Positions 51,340-64,000 of a stretch of 64,000 nucleotides of DNA are shown one piece after another (position 1 is the stretch's first letter; each line of letters starts with the position of its first letter). Source of the DNA: Octopus sinensis (taxonomy: Eukaryota); contig NC_042998.1 of assembly GCF_006345805.1 (NCBI RefSeq), forward strand, positions 20,398,001 through 20,462,000, in the 5' to 3' direction. The notes under the pieces are model-generated. The model was not told the DNA's origin and ran no database searches. It saw only the letters and a program-made list of their open reading frames with translations. The position numbers and the translations under genes are program-made.

Positions 51340-52315
51340 ACCTTATCATGCATGCGAGAAAACTCCTTCTATTCAGTAAGGGTTCAGCATGGGTTAAACA
51401 ATTCCGATACAGGTGAAATATTTAAAAACCTGATAGCATCAGTGATAGGATATCTAATCTCTCCATTTCAAAAGAAATATTTGATAAGGCAGCCCACTAC
51501 TATAATAATACCCAAAATAAGAGCGGCTCCAAAGGTAAAATATATGATTACACTTCAAATAAAAACTTGAAACCTAAAATTATGGTTCACTCCGTTTTTC
51601 TCCCTAAATGTTAAAACTAACATTGGCAAAACATTCTTGGCTCTTTTGGATAAGCATTTCCCAGTAAACTAGGAATACAGGAAGATTTTTAATAGAGAGT
51701 CAGTAAAAATATCATAAACCTGCTGTTCCAATATTAAGAACATTATCACTCTTAAGCCTCACCAAGAGCCCATTTCCAGTTCTAACTGTCGAGACCCTGA
51801 AGCTTCCAAGCTTGACCAAGCGTATGTGATAAACTGCGTCGTCTATGAAGCAGAAGTCACAACAATGATTCAAGATAAAAAGAAAAGAGATACAAACTAA
51901 TATAACACAGATGTAAACTAACGTGATAAACCTATATGACACATATTCCAATAGTTGAGAATCTGGATGCGTGTCGTTTTTGTTGTTTTTGATTTTGTTT
52001 TTACACTTGATGAGCCCGAGTCACTTTTGATTGAACACAAAATCAATTCCATTCCAATGCCAATAACCTGTCTTTTTCTTTACACATATGTGGTCAAGCT
52101 TGGAAGCTTCGGGGTCTCGACAGTTAAAACTCGAAATGGCCTCTTGATGAGGTTTAAGAGTGATAATGATCTTAATATTGGAACAGTAGGTTTATGATAT
52201 TTTTACTGACTGTCTATTAAAAATCTTCCTGTATTCCTAGTTTACTGGGAAATGCTTATCCAAAAGAGCCAAGAATGTTTTGCCAATGTTAGTTTTAACA
52301 TTTAGGGAGAAAAAA
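51340..52315 (+). mobile_element. Penelope-like retroelement coding fragment with an inverted partial duplicate
   Basis: HARKLLLFSKGSAWVK; [28 protein letters not shown]...KIFNRESVKIS*TCCSNIKNII...NCR...VVYEAEV; 51595-51818 is inverted at 52091-52315. Confidence 0.8.
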
Positions 52316-53378
52316 GACTACATTAGCCAATGATTTCTTGTTTAATGTCATAGAACGTGATTTCAGGTGAATTTGACAGCTATTTCTTGCGGGTCGAACA
52401 GTCGTACAGTGGATGTCTTGTTGGCTCCTACGAATGTACGGCTTCAAGTTTGCTTGTTTTTTTTCTTTCTTTCTTTCTATTAATGATCCATTTGAGCAAT
52501 TAAGCATGCACTTAGTCTTCAATATTAATTTAAAATTCCAAAATTAATTCAAAATTCTAAAATTGATTTTATTTTTTTAAATTAATTAAATGTTAGAAAT
52601 TAATTGCAATTTAGAAAATATAAAACGATAACATTTATTCTTCTTTAACTCTTAGATTAATTCACGACAAGTGTGTACCGCGCGCACGTGCACGTGCGTG
52701 AGCGCGCGTGCATGCGCATGCGTGTGTACAGGAGTGTTTGCGCTCGCGCGTGTGTATGCTGCTTCCGTACCATTGAGTAAGTGTACTAGTAATTGCTTTA
52801 CTGCGTAGTTTCGAATGGATGCAAGAGTTAATTGAAAACCAGAGAAGCAGAATATTGTGGTCGATTGCCCGATGGACTCTACATTTATTTCGAACATCCG
52901 GTCTTGCAAAAGAAGGGACCTTGACAGGATCATACTAATTTGACTGAGAAATACGTTTAAGAGTATAATGTTTGAGGAATACTCAGCCACGTAACTCAAT
53001 TTTAATAGGTAGGTAGTTCCCATGATCAAACAACAGAAATATTCATCCCAAAATAAACCCATCAGACTACACACACACACACTCACACATCACACACATT
53101 TATGTATGTACGCATGCATGTGTGTGTGTATATATTCTGTCCTACCAAAGTGTAGTAGAAGTAGAAAAGTAGAGAGGAGTGGTTTTCAACAGATATGTAC
53201 AAGCTGAAACACATAGCTGTACAGGTGTACTAAGTTGAAGTGCAGTGAAGATTGACAGGAGTAGTCATGAGAAGGGGTGGGGTAAATGAAAAAGAAAGGA
53301 AAGAAAGCAAGTAAAAATGATATAGAGAGATAAATGACGAGGGAAGAAGAGGAAACAACAGTGCAAAGAAAGTCTCAT

Positions 53379-53411
<33 letters not shown>

Positions 53412-53454
53412 ACATGTACATATAACATCGAAGGTTATTATGACGTAACAGTAT

Positions 53455-53660
53455 ATGTTTCTTTACTACCCACAAGGGGCTAAACACAGAGGGGACGAAC
53501 AAGGACAGACAAACGGATTAAGTCGATTACATCGACCCCAGTGCGTAACTGGTACTTAATTTATCAACCCCGAAAGGATGAAAGGTAAAGTCGACCTCGG
53601 CGGAATTTGAACCCAGAATGTAACGGCAGACGAAATACGGCTACGCATTTCGTCCAGCGC
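53455..53660 (-). mobile_element. SINE family C
   Basis: Family match. Confidence 0.85.
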
Positions 53661-54565
53661 CATGACGTAACAGTATACTTGAAATGTCCCCTTCCAATCT
53701 GGTATCTTCAAGAAAATTTTCTTTACAAAATACATACGTGCACTGACACATACACGTAAATACTGATGAATACATATAAATCTAGGCACGTCTACATACA
53801 TATATTGACACACGTATACATATATATTCATGCACATGCACAACCCGCACTCGCGTGAGCGCACGTACGATTATCAAACCCTGAAACAGAAAGTAAGCGG
53901 AAATATCTCATACCAGAAATGCTTAAAAATTGTTTACTTCATTTATTTTTCGATCCTATACAGTAAGAAATTACGTGCGTGTGTGTGTATCAATTTTAAT
54001 TTATTCGGTTATCTTTATTGCTTACGTAATATTTTATGCTGTTGCTCAGTGTTAAAACGAAAGAAAAGGATTACGAATTCAAATCCGTTTAGGAACAAAA
54101 ATTTTCAACGGACTTTGTCGGTGATTTTCATTTATGAATCATAGTAACTAAACTATTCCTTGGCCTGTGTCATGAATATCAATAATTTATTATATATGTG
54201 CGAATAACAGTTTGTTTTTTTTTAAGATGTGGGCTCTGGGAATAACAGTTATTTTTTAAGATGCAGGTTCAATAGTGATTTAATAAAATACTAATTGATG
54301 AAATCTTCAACAACTGAATAAAGCTTTTGATGTTTCTAATCTGAATAGAGTATAAACACAATTTACAAAAATCTTTCCCTCAAATGTAATTTTCTTTGGA
54401 TCCAATTCTTCAAAGTATTTTCAATAAACTAGTAATTTCAATAAAAATTTAATTATTTTTATTATACAATTTTACATCAAATAAATGGAATGTGTGATAC
54501 GCTGGTATACATATTAAACACCGTTTTCTGTTTATTTAATGCAGAATGCTGGCGTTTTTTACGAC

Positions 54566-54618
<53 letters not shown>

Positions 54619-54671
54619 ATATAACAATGATAAATCTCAGAGCGAGTTATAAACAGTAGCGGCAACACATT

Positions 54672-54949
54672 GTGACGTATATTTGCCATTTGAATATGGC
54701 TAACCCCTAAGGGTGGATGCTACTGTAGTTTGTAGCCCTAGGAAGACACCTCCTCCAGCTGGCTATAGACACACTTTCTGTGCCCTATCAGTATTTGTGA
54801 AGAGAAGTCATCCTTCCCGTCTTCAACTTATGATAGGGCACAGAAAGTGTGTCTATAGCCAGCTGGAGGAGGTGTCTTCCTGGGACTACAAACTACAGTA
54901 GCATCCACCCTTAGGGGTTAGCCATATTCAAATGGCAAATATACGTCAC
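54672..54949. repeat. Fold-back palindrome, arms 119 bp, 40-bp structured spacer
   Basis: 54672-54790 vs 54831-54949, two mismatches. Confidence 0.95.
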
Positions 54950-54964
54950 GATATATATATATAC

Positions 54965-55045
54965 ATCAGGTGGTGCTATTAAGTTAGACATGGCCTGGAC
55001 CAATCTCTGGTCGAAACATATCTAAGTTTATCTAAGTTTATATAT
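54965..55045 (+). mobile_element. 3' tip of the LINE family seen at 43720
   Basis: CAGGTGGTGCTATTAAGTTAGACATGGCCTGG matches the 43720-43800 tail; duplicated TCTAAGTTTA end. Confidence 0.8.
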
Positions 55046-56363
55046 ATACGTCTCTGTTTGTGTATGTATGCAAAGAAAAACATTCCTCGATCCATGTGAT
55101 AGAGTTTATTCTGAGATCATATTCAGAATTACTCGCTTCATGCAATTATTCAAGCGGCTGAAAATGAATAGATAAATTCTCAACTAAGTTCTTCCATTCA
55201 TCTCCTTGTCGCCTGAGGTATCGTGTACCTATGTTCTGCTTTGCTATGTTGTCAGCTGTGATGACGTCACACGTCTTACCTTATTTCTTCTATCTTTTTT
55301 TCTTTTTTCGTTTTGCTTAAATGGCTCAACGGACTGCTTGTGCTTTCAAGTAAACACTGGAAGATTTGGTTTTTAAACTTCTTGTTTGCTGTTTTTGACC
55401 AGTCACAGTGTGTATTAACTTTCGGTGCATAAAGTATAGGCATTTAAGCAGAGGGTATTTCATGTTCAGAACAAATGTATGCTACTTGTTCTCTCTTCTC
55501 TTAGACTTTTTTTTCTTTTCCCTCGTCATCCACACACTAATATAAATAAATAAAAAAGAAACTTTTAACGCATTCACTTTGACATTATGTTCCAACAATA
55601 TGTTTTAGGAATGAACTTTGCAATCTGCCGATTATGACATTTTCATTTTCCTGTTATTTGTCAAACCATTTCTAACATGTCTGGTTATTCGATCATTATT
55701 CTCCGACTAAACTTTTTGAGAACTTTCTGAATGTCTTTTTTTGCTTTTTTGTAAATGTTTGCACGAATTTCCATTTAATATATTGACACACCTGTATTAA
55801 AGAGAATTCTAAAATTCATTTCTGTCGTCATTTTCGTTTTTTCGGGCATTACCCTAAAACCTAAACTTGATAACCTGCTTCAGAATGTCGTTCGTTTTTT
55901 TAACCAACTTTCCAGTTATGGAGCACAAATAACATTAACATTTTACTACTCCCATCATCTTGTCATTACATCTTTTATTAATACTAAACTGTTATGGTCT
56001 AATTTGCTGGATTGGTAACCCAAAGACGTGAGTTGAGTAATGAAGATAAATGGTGTATATCACCAGCTTAATTTAATTCGTCCTTAGTCGAAAAACACCT
56101 GTTGTTATGTCCTGTTATTTTTTTTTCTGTCCTTGTTTTCGTATACATTCGCTGTTTTCTTCCAAGGAATCTAATACTCTTAGCTTAGTTTTTCCTTGGA
56201 GCTGGCCAGATTGGAGCAATCTCGAGTATAACAAGCCGAAATTGCAAAGATAATCTGGAACTCGACTGAGGAAAGAAAACTCCAAATGACCCGTCCTTGT
56301 TTCCTTGTATCGTCTGTCTGGATGTTTTATATTCTTGTCCCATTTTGTATTACATATATATAT

Positions 56364-56432
56364 AATTGAATTTTTCCCTGTAAGTTGGAGCTATACTCCC
56401 TAATATTATATATATATATATATTATATATAT

Positions 56433-56464
<32 letters not shown>

Positions 56465-56715
56465 ATATTAGGGAGTATAGCTCCAAACTTACAGGGGAAA
56501 ATTCAATTTAGTATTAAATCAAATTTCAAAGTATAAATATATAAAATATGAATTAGAGATAAAACCACTATTATGCAACTCAAACAGTGATAGGCATAAA
56601 CCAAAACATATTATTATTATAATATGTATTATGACGTTTATTGAGTGTATTTAATCTCAATTTCGTATGTTATGGAACTTACAGGTAAGATGGAACCGCT
56701 ATTTTGGATATTAAT

Positions 56716-56749
<34 letters not shown>

Positions 56750-56840
56750 ATATACATTATTTGTTATTTATGTATTGGTTTATGTCTATCACTGTTTGTG
56801 TTGCATACATAATAGTGGTTTATCTTTAATTCATATTTTA
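56364..56840. repeat. Two adjacent fold-backs of the pLTR-like family seen at 2840-3378
   Basis: 56364-56508 (arms ~50 bp around (TA)n) and ~56543-56612 vs ~56770-56840. Confidence 0.8.
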
Positions 56841-56884
56841 TATATATATATATATATATTAAAAAAAAAATGTTGACAGAATTG

Positions 56885-57690
56885 TTACCGCGCTGGATAT
56901 TTTACGCTCTCAGTTCAAATTCCGCCGAAGTCGACTGTGCTTTTCATCCTTTCAGGGTCAAAAGAGTACAGTAGTATCCGTTAAGCACTGGTCTTGATGT
57001 AATCAACTATCCCTTCCCACAAAGTTCAGGCCTTGTGTCTATATTGTTTCTAATTATTACAATTATTAATATAATGAGGCAACGAGCTGGGAGAATCGTT
57101 AAAGCGCCGGGAAAAATTGCTTTGCGGCATCTCATGCTCTGAATTCAAATTCCGCCGAGGTCGACTCTGCTTTTCATCCTTTCCGGGTCGATAAGTTAAG
57201 TACCAGTGAAATACTGGGGTCGATGTAATCGACCAGTACCCTCCCGTAAAATTTCAAGGCTTAAGCCTTCAGCAGAACGTATTATAATTATTAGTATAAT
57301 AACTGTAATAATTATTATATATAGTAAGGCGGCAAGCTGGCAGAAACGTTAGCACGCCGGCCGAAATGCGTAGCCGTATTTCGTCTGCCGCTACGTTCTG
57401 AGTTCAAATTCCGCCGAGGTCCACTTTGATTAAATAAGTACCAGTTACGCTCTGGTATCGATATAATCGACTTAATCCGTTTGTCTGTCTTTGTTTGTCC
57501 TCTCTGTGTTTAGCCCCTTGTGGGTAGTAAAGAAATAGGTATTTCGCCCTTCGCTACGTTCTGAGTTCAAATTCCGCCGAGGTCGAGGTCGATAAATTAA
57601 GTATCAGTTGCGTACTGGGGTCGATATTTTCAACTGGCCCTTACCCTCACCCCGCCAAATTTCAGACCTTGTTCCTATGGTAGAAAGGGT
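56885..57690 (+). mobile_element. Cluster of three SINE C copies
   Basis: Bodies at ~56905, ~57140 and 57327-57690. Confidence 0.8.
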
Positions 57691-58057
57691 TATAATTATT
57701 ATATATAGTACTATCTAATCGCCGAAGACTTATACTTTTAATGTACTCGTACCAACGTTCTGTCGACTGCATCTGTTTTACATTTTACACAACTTATCTA
57801 CAACAGGAACGACATTGGGTGTGGATTTGGACGAAGAAGGTAAATGCAACTATAAGTTGTAATATGGCGAAAAAAAAGGGACAATAATGTTGACAAAAAG
57901 AAATGGTAACAACATGTATGGAGACTTTTCAAAGAATTTGCTTTTAAAGAATTTATAAATATTGGGAAATGGCTGAGTTATGTTACAGTTATCATTAAAG
58001 CGTGACCGATTTTGTCATACAGTTCTCCCACTTTCCCACATTCGTACGCTCTCTCAC

Positions 58058-58094
<37 letters not shown>

Positions 58095-58199
58095 ATATAT
58101 ATGTGTGTGTGTGTGTGTTTGTGTGTGTGTGCGCTTGTGTGTGTGTGTGTGTGTGCGCGTGTGTGTGTATGCGTGCGAATATATGTGTGGTATGCCTGG

Positions 58200-58230
<31 letters not shown>

Positions 58231-58240
58231 ACATACATAC

Positions 58241-58289
<49 letters not shown>

Positions 58290-58290
58290 C

Positions 58291-58347
<57 letters not shown>

Positions 58348-58492
58348 GAAACGTGAGTGATATTTTGTTGTGTTTTATATTCAAGTCAATTATACGGTTT
58401 CCTATCAAACAAATAAGATTAGTTTTTTGCTGAAGAAACCTAAAATCTGTTTAAACTAATATGAACATATTAAGCTTATATGTGTACATGTA

Positions 58493-58594
<102 letters not shown>

Positions 58595-58714
58595 GTATTA
58601 TGTATACACATAAAATATGTGTGCACACACATACACATATTGGCTGCTTTTTAATGTCCATGATCTTTTCATTATTTTTTTATATATATTTATATACATT
58701 TTTTTCCTTATAAA

Positions 58715-58915
58715 TCTTTTACTTGTTTCAGTCATTTAATTGCGGCCATGCTGGAGCACCGCCTCTAGTCAGAGCAAGTCGACCCCAGAGCTTATTCTTT
58801 GTAAGCCTAGTACTCATTCTATCAGTCACTTTTGCCGAACCGCTAAATTACGGGGACCTAAACACTCCAGCATCAGTTGTCAGGCGATGTTGGCCTAACA
58901 AACACAGACACACAA
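58715..58915 (-). mobile_element. SINE A 3' half
   Basis: Family match. Confidence 0.8.
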
Positions 58916-59284
58916 ATATATCCCAGAAACAGCTGTAAGACCTCAACTAATTTAAGAATAACATAAAATGATTATATGACTTGAGGTGCTTGTTATGCCT
59001 CGGCGTTTGTTGTCTTTCACAAATAAATCTGCTAACTTGGAAACCTAAAATGGATCCATAGCTCCCGTCTCTATCCGTTTAAATTATATATATATATATA
59101 TATTGCTAGTAATGGTAAGACAACAAAAGAATGAAAGATACCGCGATATTATGTAAATAGAGGAATTTATTTGTAATATAATATGTTACAATTATTTGGT
59201 TACCATGATAAATCTCCGAGTTTCGGATTTCAGTCATCGAGGCAATTAAAATATACTATGAAAATTACCGTTAAACGGTCATTT

Positions 59285-59475
59285 CCACGAGTCTCCAACA
59301 AGGGGTGGTGGCGACCCCTGTTACACTCTTTCGCCCCAACTTTCTCTCACTCTCTTTCCTGTTTCTTGAGTAACGCTGCGATGGACTGGCGTCCCGTCCA
59401 GCTGGGGGGAACACATATGCCATAGAAACTGGGTAACCGGGCCCATGAGCCCGCCTAGGCTTGAAAAGGGCGACG
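59285..59475 (+). mobile_element. SINE B/D 3' part
   Basis: Family match. Confidence 0.7.
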
Positions 59476-60419
59476 TTTATCGTTATTCCTCTAAAATCAC
59501 AGTTAATCACGAATTTATTGCCCTTGATCATAGGTCTACTCGGTCAGATTGACACGGAGCTAAACAGCAACAAGTAGTAGTAGTAGTAACAGCAGTAGTT
59601 GCAGTACAATTATATGAAATGCCCACTTATGAAAGAATAACTGATTATTTGTAAATATATTCCATGCACGTTTATATATATATATTAACAATATTTATCT
59701 ATATATATTAACAATATTTCTTTTGTTCATTGATTGTTCTATTTCGTTTCGTTATTCCACATTATATACATCTCAAGCTTAATTATAAAGTATAATTTTG
59801 TGAAAACAATTTTCGTGATTCTTTTAACACATACACAATTACATAATGGTTATGTTTAAAAAGAAATAAAACAGTCGAGAAAAACATGAAAACAAAAAAG
59901 ATGAAATGAAATAACAAACGAAACACAAACTTTGAACAACATTTCGTGCGGGAGATATTTCATTCTGTATTTATGTTTGTTTTTGATTTTTTTTCTTCTC
60001 GTTTTACATTATACAGTCGTGTTGAAGAGGGGCCCTTTCAGAGATAGATAACAAAGGAATTGCAACAGGATATCGTATAACTTTGCTACAAGTTTGAAAT
60101 GTTTGCAACAAGATATACAAGCTCGTCGTAAGACCGAATTTAACACATGGGAACTAAATATTTCGAATCTCTTGAGTGGCGAAAATACCAACTGCTCATA
60201 AATTATCTAAAACTACACACTTAGCTGATTTTATTTATCAAAGAATCAATAAACATATTACCAAAATTGATTTATGTATTAAATATACTAATTTTGTACT
60301 TTTAGTTGTATTTGTGTACATTGTTGTATGTGCAGCAAATGATTTCCTCTTCGCTGAAGAGGTCTAATTATCAAGAAATATACCCAGATTTGTCCTCCGT
60401 ACTTGTTCAAATGATTAAT

Positions 60420-60655
60420 ATATATTTCTTTACTGCCCACAAGGGGCTAAACATAGAGGGGACAAACAAGGACAGACAAACGGATTAAGTCGATTACACC
60501 GCCCCCAGTGCGTCACTGGTACTTAATTTATCGACCCCGAAAGGATGAAAGGTAAAGTCCATCTCGGCGGAATTTGAACTCAGAACGCAGCGGCGGATGA
60601 AATACCACAAAGCATTTCGCCCGGCGTGCTAACGATCTGCCAGCTCACCGCCTAC
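60420..60655 (-). mobile_element. SINE family C
   Basis: Family match. Confidence 0.85.
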
Positions 60656-61321
60656 TTGTTCAAATTATTAATATAATATTAGTAACTACGCCAAGTCTGT
60701 GAGGTATGATTTCAGAGTGATTTGGCTGCAGTTTGTAGAAGGTGATGCAAAACTTCTAGTCTGAAGGTAATTATATATCTTAATGTACTGCTTCCTATTG
60801 CGACTACGCTTAATTTGTAGTTTCTTTCCTTTCCTCCTTTTTTATAAATCTCAAGAGCTCTTAAAACAGCCTTGTATTTTCCCTTCTAACTAAACTATAA
60901 AAAGTATCCTAAAACGGTCCTTCCAGGACCTCGTAAAACTGGCTGCGTTGTTCATTGGAATAAAACTGAAATAAACTTCGCGGTACTTGTCAAAGTAATG
61001 AGGAGACATTCACGAAGCAAATAATCATTTCTACTCTAGGCACAAGGTCCCAAATTTTGGGGGGGCGGGATAGTCGATTAGATCGACCCCAGTACGCAAC
61101 TGGTACTTTAGTTTATCGACCCCGAAAGGATGAAAGGCAAAGTAGACCTCAGCGGAATTTCATGAAGCAAATAATGCATCCGGGTTTTTAAGGACGGTGA
61201 ATCGGTAAAAATGTTAAAGCGTCCGACGCATTATTTTACAGTATTTATTCCGATTCTGTACGCTTTGAGTTCAAATCCCATTGGGAGTCGGTAAAATAAC
61301 TACTTGCCAAATACTAAGATC

Positions 61322-61744
61322 GGATCTTTTCGGTTTGAACGGCAGTTTTTTCTAGCGGTGTCATATGAAATTATCACCCATAATTATGACCCTAGTATCG
61401 ATCTATTACATTTCAATCTGTTTTAGGGTTAGGGTTAGGGTTATGGGTGGGGGGAAGGGTATCTTTTTTTCTTCGCAAATGTAAATAAATCCAATCTGTT
61501 TCTTAAACGAGGGACGTATTCATACGGCACAGAATGTTTTCACCTCAATAGACTGTCATTGATTGGTTGAAATTGCCGAAATGCAAGAAATTAAAGACCA
61601 AATATCTTACAAACTATAGAATTTTCTCAATAAAGCCAAGACAAAAAGATGTTTTATAAACACATTCTACCAGTATACGAAGTTTAAAATTTTTTAGTTA
61701 CCTAGAAATTATGTTAAAAACTGCCGTTCAAACCGAAAAGATCC
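61322..61744. mobile_element. MITE (423 bp) with 28-bp perfect TIRs, 8-bp TSD and internal (TTAGGG)3
   Basis: GGATCTTTTCGGTTTGAACGGCAGTTTT at both ends; CTAAGATC at 61314-61321 and 61745-61752. Confidence 0.92.
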
Positions 61745-61814
61745 CTAAGATCGATTTAATCGACTAACCCTTCCCTACAAAAGTCTGGGCTAGTGTTTAT
61801 ATAAGAAACTTTAA

Positions 61815-62204
61815 TCTCTATATATAAAGCTGAAGTTGTCTGTGTGCGGCAGGTTTGGTAGCCTTCAACTAACACTATCTCCTCCGAGACCCTGCGGTGC
61901 AAGTTGACCAAAATTGAGAGTATGATAGAAGAAGGTTTGTTCTTCATTCCGTAGAACATAAAATTCAGATCGGACCATGTTAAGGCCAAAAATTATTTAC
62001 ATTAAAAAGATGCTTTTTTTCTATGAAAATCCCTAACTTTTACGATTTTTTGACAGCTGTGTCGCCATTTTTCGGTATATTTCAACCAGAAAAATGTTCA
62101 CTTAAAGAGAATAACAAGCTACATAATGCAAACTTTTTACTTTTCAGAAATTCCAATTCTAAAGGGTCGAAACAAACCCGAGCAACGCCGGGAGATAATG
62201 CTAG
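61815..62204 (+). mobile_element. Non-autonomous Helitron (390 bp)
   Basis: A|TCTCTATATATAAAG ... CCCGAGCAACGCCGGGAGATAATGCTAG|T. Confidence 0.85.
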
Positions 62205-63579
62205 TATTGTATACAAATAAGCGTGAAAATTAGCACATTTTAAAAATATATCATCGGAGTCGACATATTTTTTAAAAAAAAACATCAACCCAAATATATG
62301 ATTTGTTACATAAGTAAAATTAGCTAAGAGTGTAGTTTTAGATAATTTACTAGCACTTGGTATTTTCGTTACTTTAGCGATTCTAAATATTTAGTTCCCA
62401 CATCATGTTAAATTCGGTCTTACAACAGACTTGCCGATCAAGTTACTATACATTTCGCTAAACTTTGCAATCATTTCAAAACTGTAGCAGAATTTATAGG
62501 GTATCCGATTGCAATTCTTTCACCATCTATCTCTAAAAGTGTCTTCTGTGTGATTGTACAACTGTATAATGCAAAACAACCCGTCTCGTGTATACGGCCA
62601 GAGGTGTCGATTACCAGTGGTTTAATCTACATACACACACATGTATGCCAATGCAGTAGCTTTGGCCTCAATCTGGTTCTATAGATAGAAAATAAAAGGA
62701 GAGGGCTTTGTTGATAGTTTTTCTTTTTAGAATTATCTTTTCACTCAACGTTGTTTACCAAATGCTGTATAAGAACAGTTGTCTGGCTCTACGTTTGACC
62801 ATGATAGAATGTTTAGTAAGGTTTGGTGAAAATATCTAAGAATACACTCTACATGAAAACTAAATGGTAAATTTGGTGTTAACATATTTAATATAGTGAA
62901 CAAAGAAATTTTAATTAATCTAAATTATATTTGTAATTACACAACAATTAAAAGAGAACTGTTGCTTCCAGCAGTGAACTGTACATTTTCAAGATTACAG
63001 CATTATTATTGCCGTATGCTGGTTGTGTAGCAACCAAATTCTCTCTCAAATCGCGCTCAGCTTTCTCAAAAAGAGGAAGGACATAGATTATTTAGTCCAT
63101 GATACAATATGTCTATACAAAAGATTGCATGTTCTCGGCTAGAACACTCTTGATTAGGGACCTGTTCGATCATAGCTTCCTCGACAACCACCTATTACCA
63201 TCTTGTAGAGTTGTTTTTTATCTGGTTCTTCTTTTGGCGGTGGAATAGAAATATTTTTTATTAACCATCGTTTAACAAAAGTTAATGGGATAAAATTAGT
63301 TTGTTAAACTTATAGGAATAGTAACCGAATATTATGTACATAAGCATTTCTGACAGATAACTCTCTTTAATGGAAACATAGTAATATTAATGATAATTTT
63401 CCCAAGGACCGATATACTTTATATTTTCTAACTTTTATAACTCTTCTCGATATTGTGAACCTCGCTCGAGTCCATCCCTTTCTAAGAGATTCAACTAAGC
63501 AGTAAAAGAAAACTTGCGAATTACCTATTAAATACACATTACTGAGTTATACTTCTTTCTTTACTACCCACGAGGGGCT

Positions 63580-64000
63580 TGTAGTGACGTCATTTTCCTG
63601 TGTGCGTGTGCGGAACGTCATTCTTCAGTGTGCGTGTGCGGGGCTGGAACCTTCTGGAAAGGCCTAAGGAAGTTCCCTCATGCACATGCACTAGAGACTG
63701 GGGAAGAAAATTCCATCGCGTTCCTTGTTAGCGTCGGTGACTTGAGACACGGCTATTGAAGAGAGAGGACGTGTTTAAACGTGTGATTAGCCTATTCTTC
63801 TGTCCCAGACGCTTGGGATTTGACCCGCTCTGTTGCTGCTGAATTTGTTGTGAGGTTTATCTTACAAGTGTTAAACTTCAGCCTTGCTATATCGAACCAA
63901 GTCGTTACCAATATTTTGTAAATAAGAAAATAAAGAGTCATATTGTTTTCAAGGTTGCGTTCTTGTTCCTAATTTTTTCTGGAAACAAAAGAAAGGAAAT
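63580..64000 (+). mobile_element. Probable LTR running off the window, inserted into a SINE C module
   Basis: Begins TGTAGTG directly after the SINE fragment TTTCTTTACTACCCACGAGGGGCT; AATAAA near 63928; higher GC than the flank. Confidence 0.5.

Larger units (their letters stand above)
60001..62578. repeat. Old long-range inverted repeat (arms ~60001-60250 and ~62300-62578)
   Basis: Colinear matches such as CGTAAGACCGAATTTAACACATGGGAACTAAATATTT vs AAATATTTAGTTCCCACATCATGTTAAATTCGGTCTTAC. Confidence 0.75.

Noticed and set aside
51700-51830. Selenocysteine-type PLE ORF
   Set aside because: The in-frame stops are TAG and TAA, not TGA, and no SECIS is evident
52652-53086. 144-aa hydrophobic ORF on minus
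   Set aside because: Begins and ends in microsatellites; no recognisable domain or clear splice support
55080-56000. Purine-rich minus strand with short open stretches and an AG/GTAAGA donor-like site near 55260
   Set aside because: Stops in all frames and no recognisable homology; could be a decayed element or exon but cannot be supported
59200-59250. Minus-strand TCGATGA...GAAAC HHR-like string
   Set aside because: Core, stem II and cleavage triplet are too degenerate to call
61423-61443. Telomere or chromosome-healing site
   Set aside because: Only about three TTAGGG units, inside a TIR- and TSD-bounded MITE

Overview
AT-rich, repeat-saturated animal DNA. The SINE, LINE and microsatellite mix looks like an octopus (coleoid cephalopod) intron or intergenic region; the species is an inference. 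I cannot support any host protein-coding exon, and nearly all ORFs in the track are translated (TA)n/(CA)n microsatellites. Contents: several tRNA-derived SINE families (labelled A-D by me), CR1/L2-like LINEs (one near full length at 43720-47930, one with an open 572-aa RT ORF), RTE fragments, Tc1/mariner elements, non-autonomous Helitrons, an 8-bp-TSD MITE, a ~166-bp satellite and a probable LTR at the right edge. The most notable signal is a set of type I hammerhead ribozymes (HHRs) read directly from the sequence. Five complete copies lie in a ~505-bp tandem-plus-inverted, retrozyme-like array (12352-15143). Four more lie in two near-perfect fold-back palindromes (2914-3378, 16837-17240), and there are several degenerate or half motifs. 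About a dozen fold-back duplications occur in 64 kb, mostly next to (TA)n tracts and often Penelope-like. Repeat boundaries were read by eye and may be off by a few bases.
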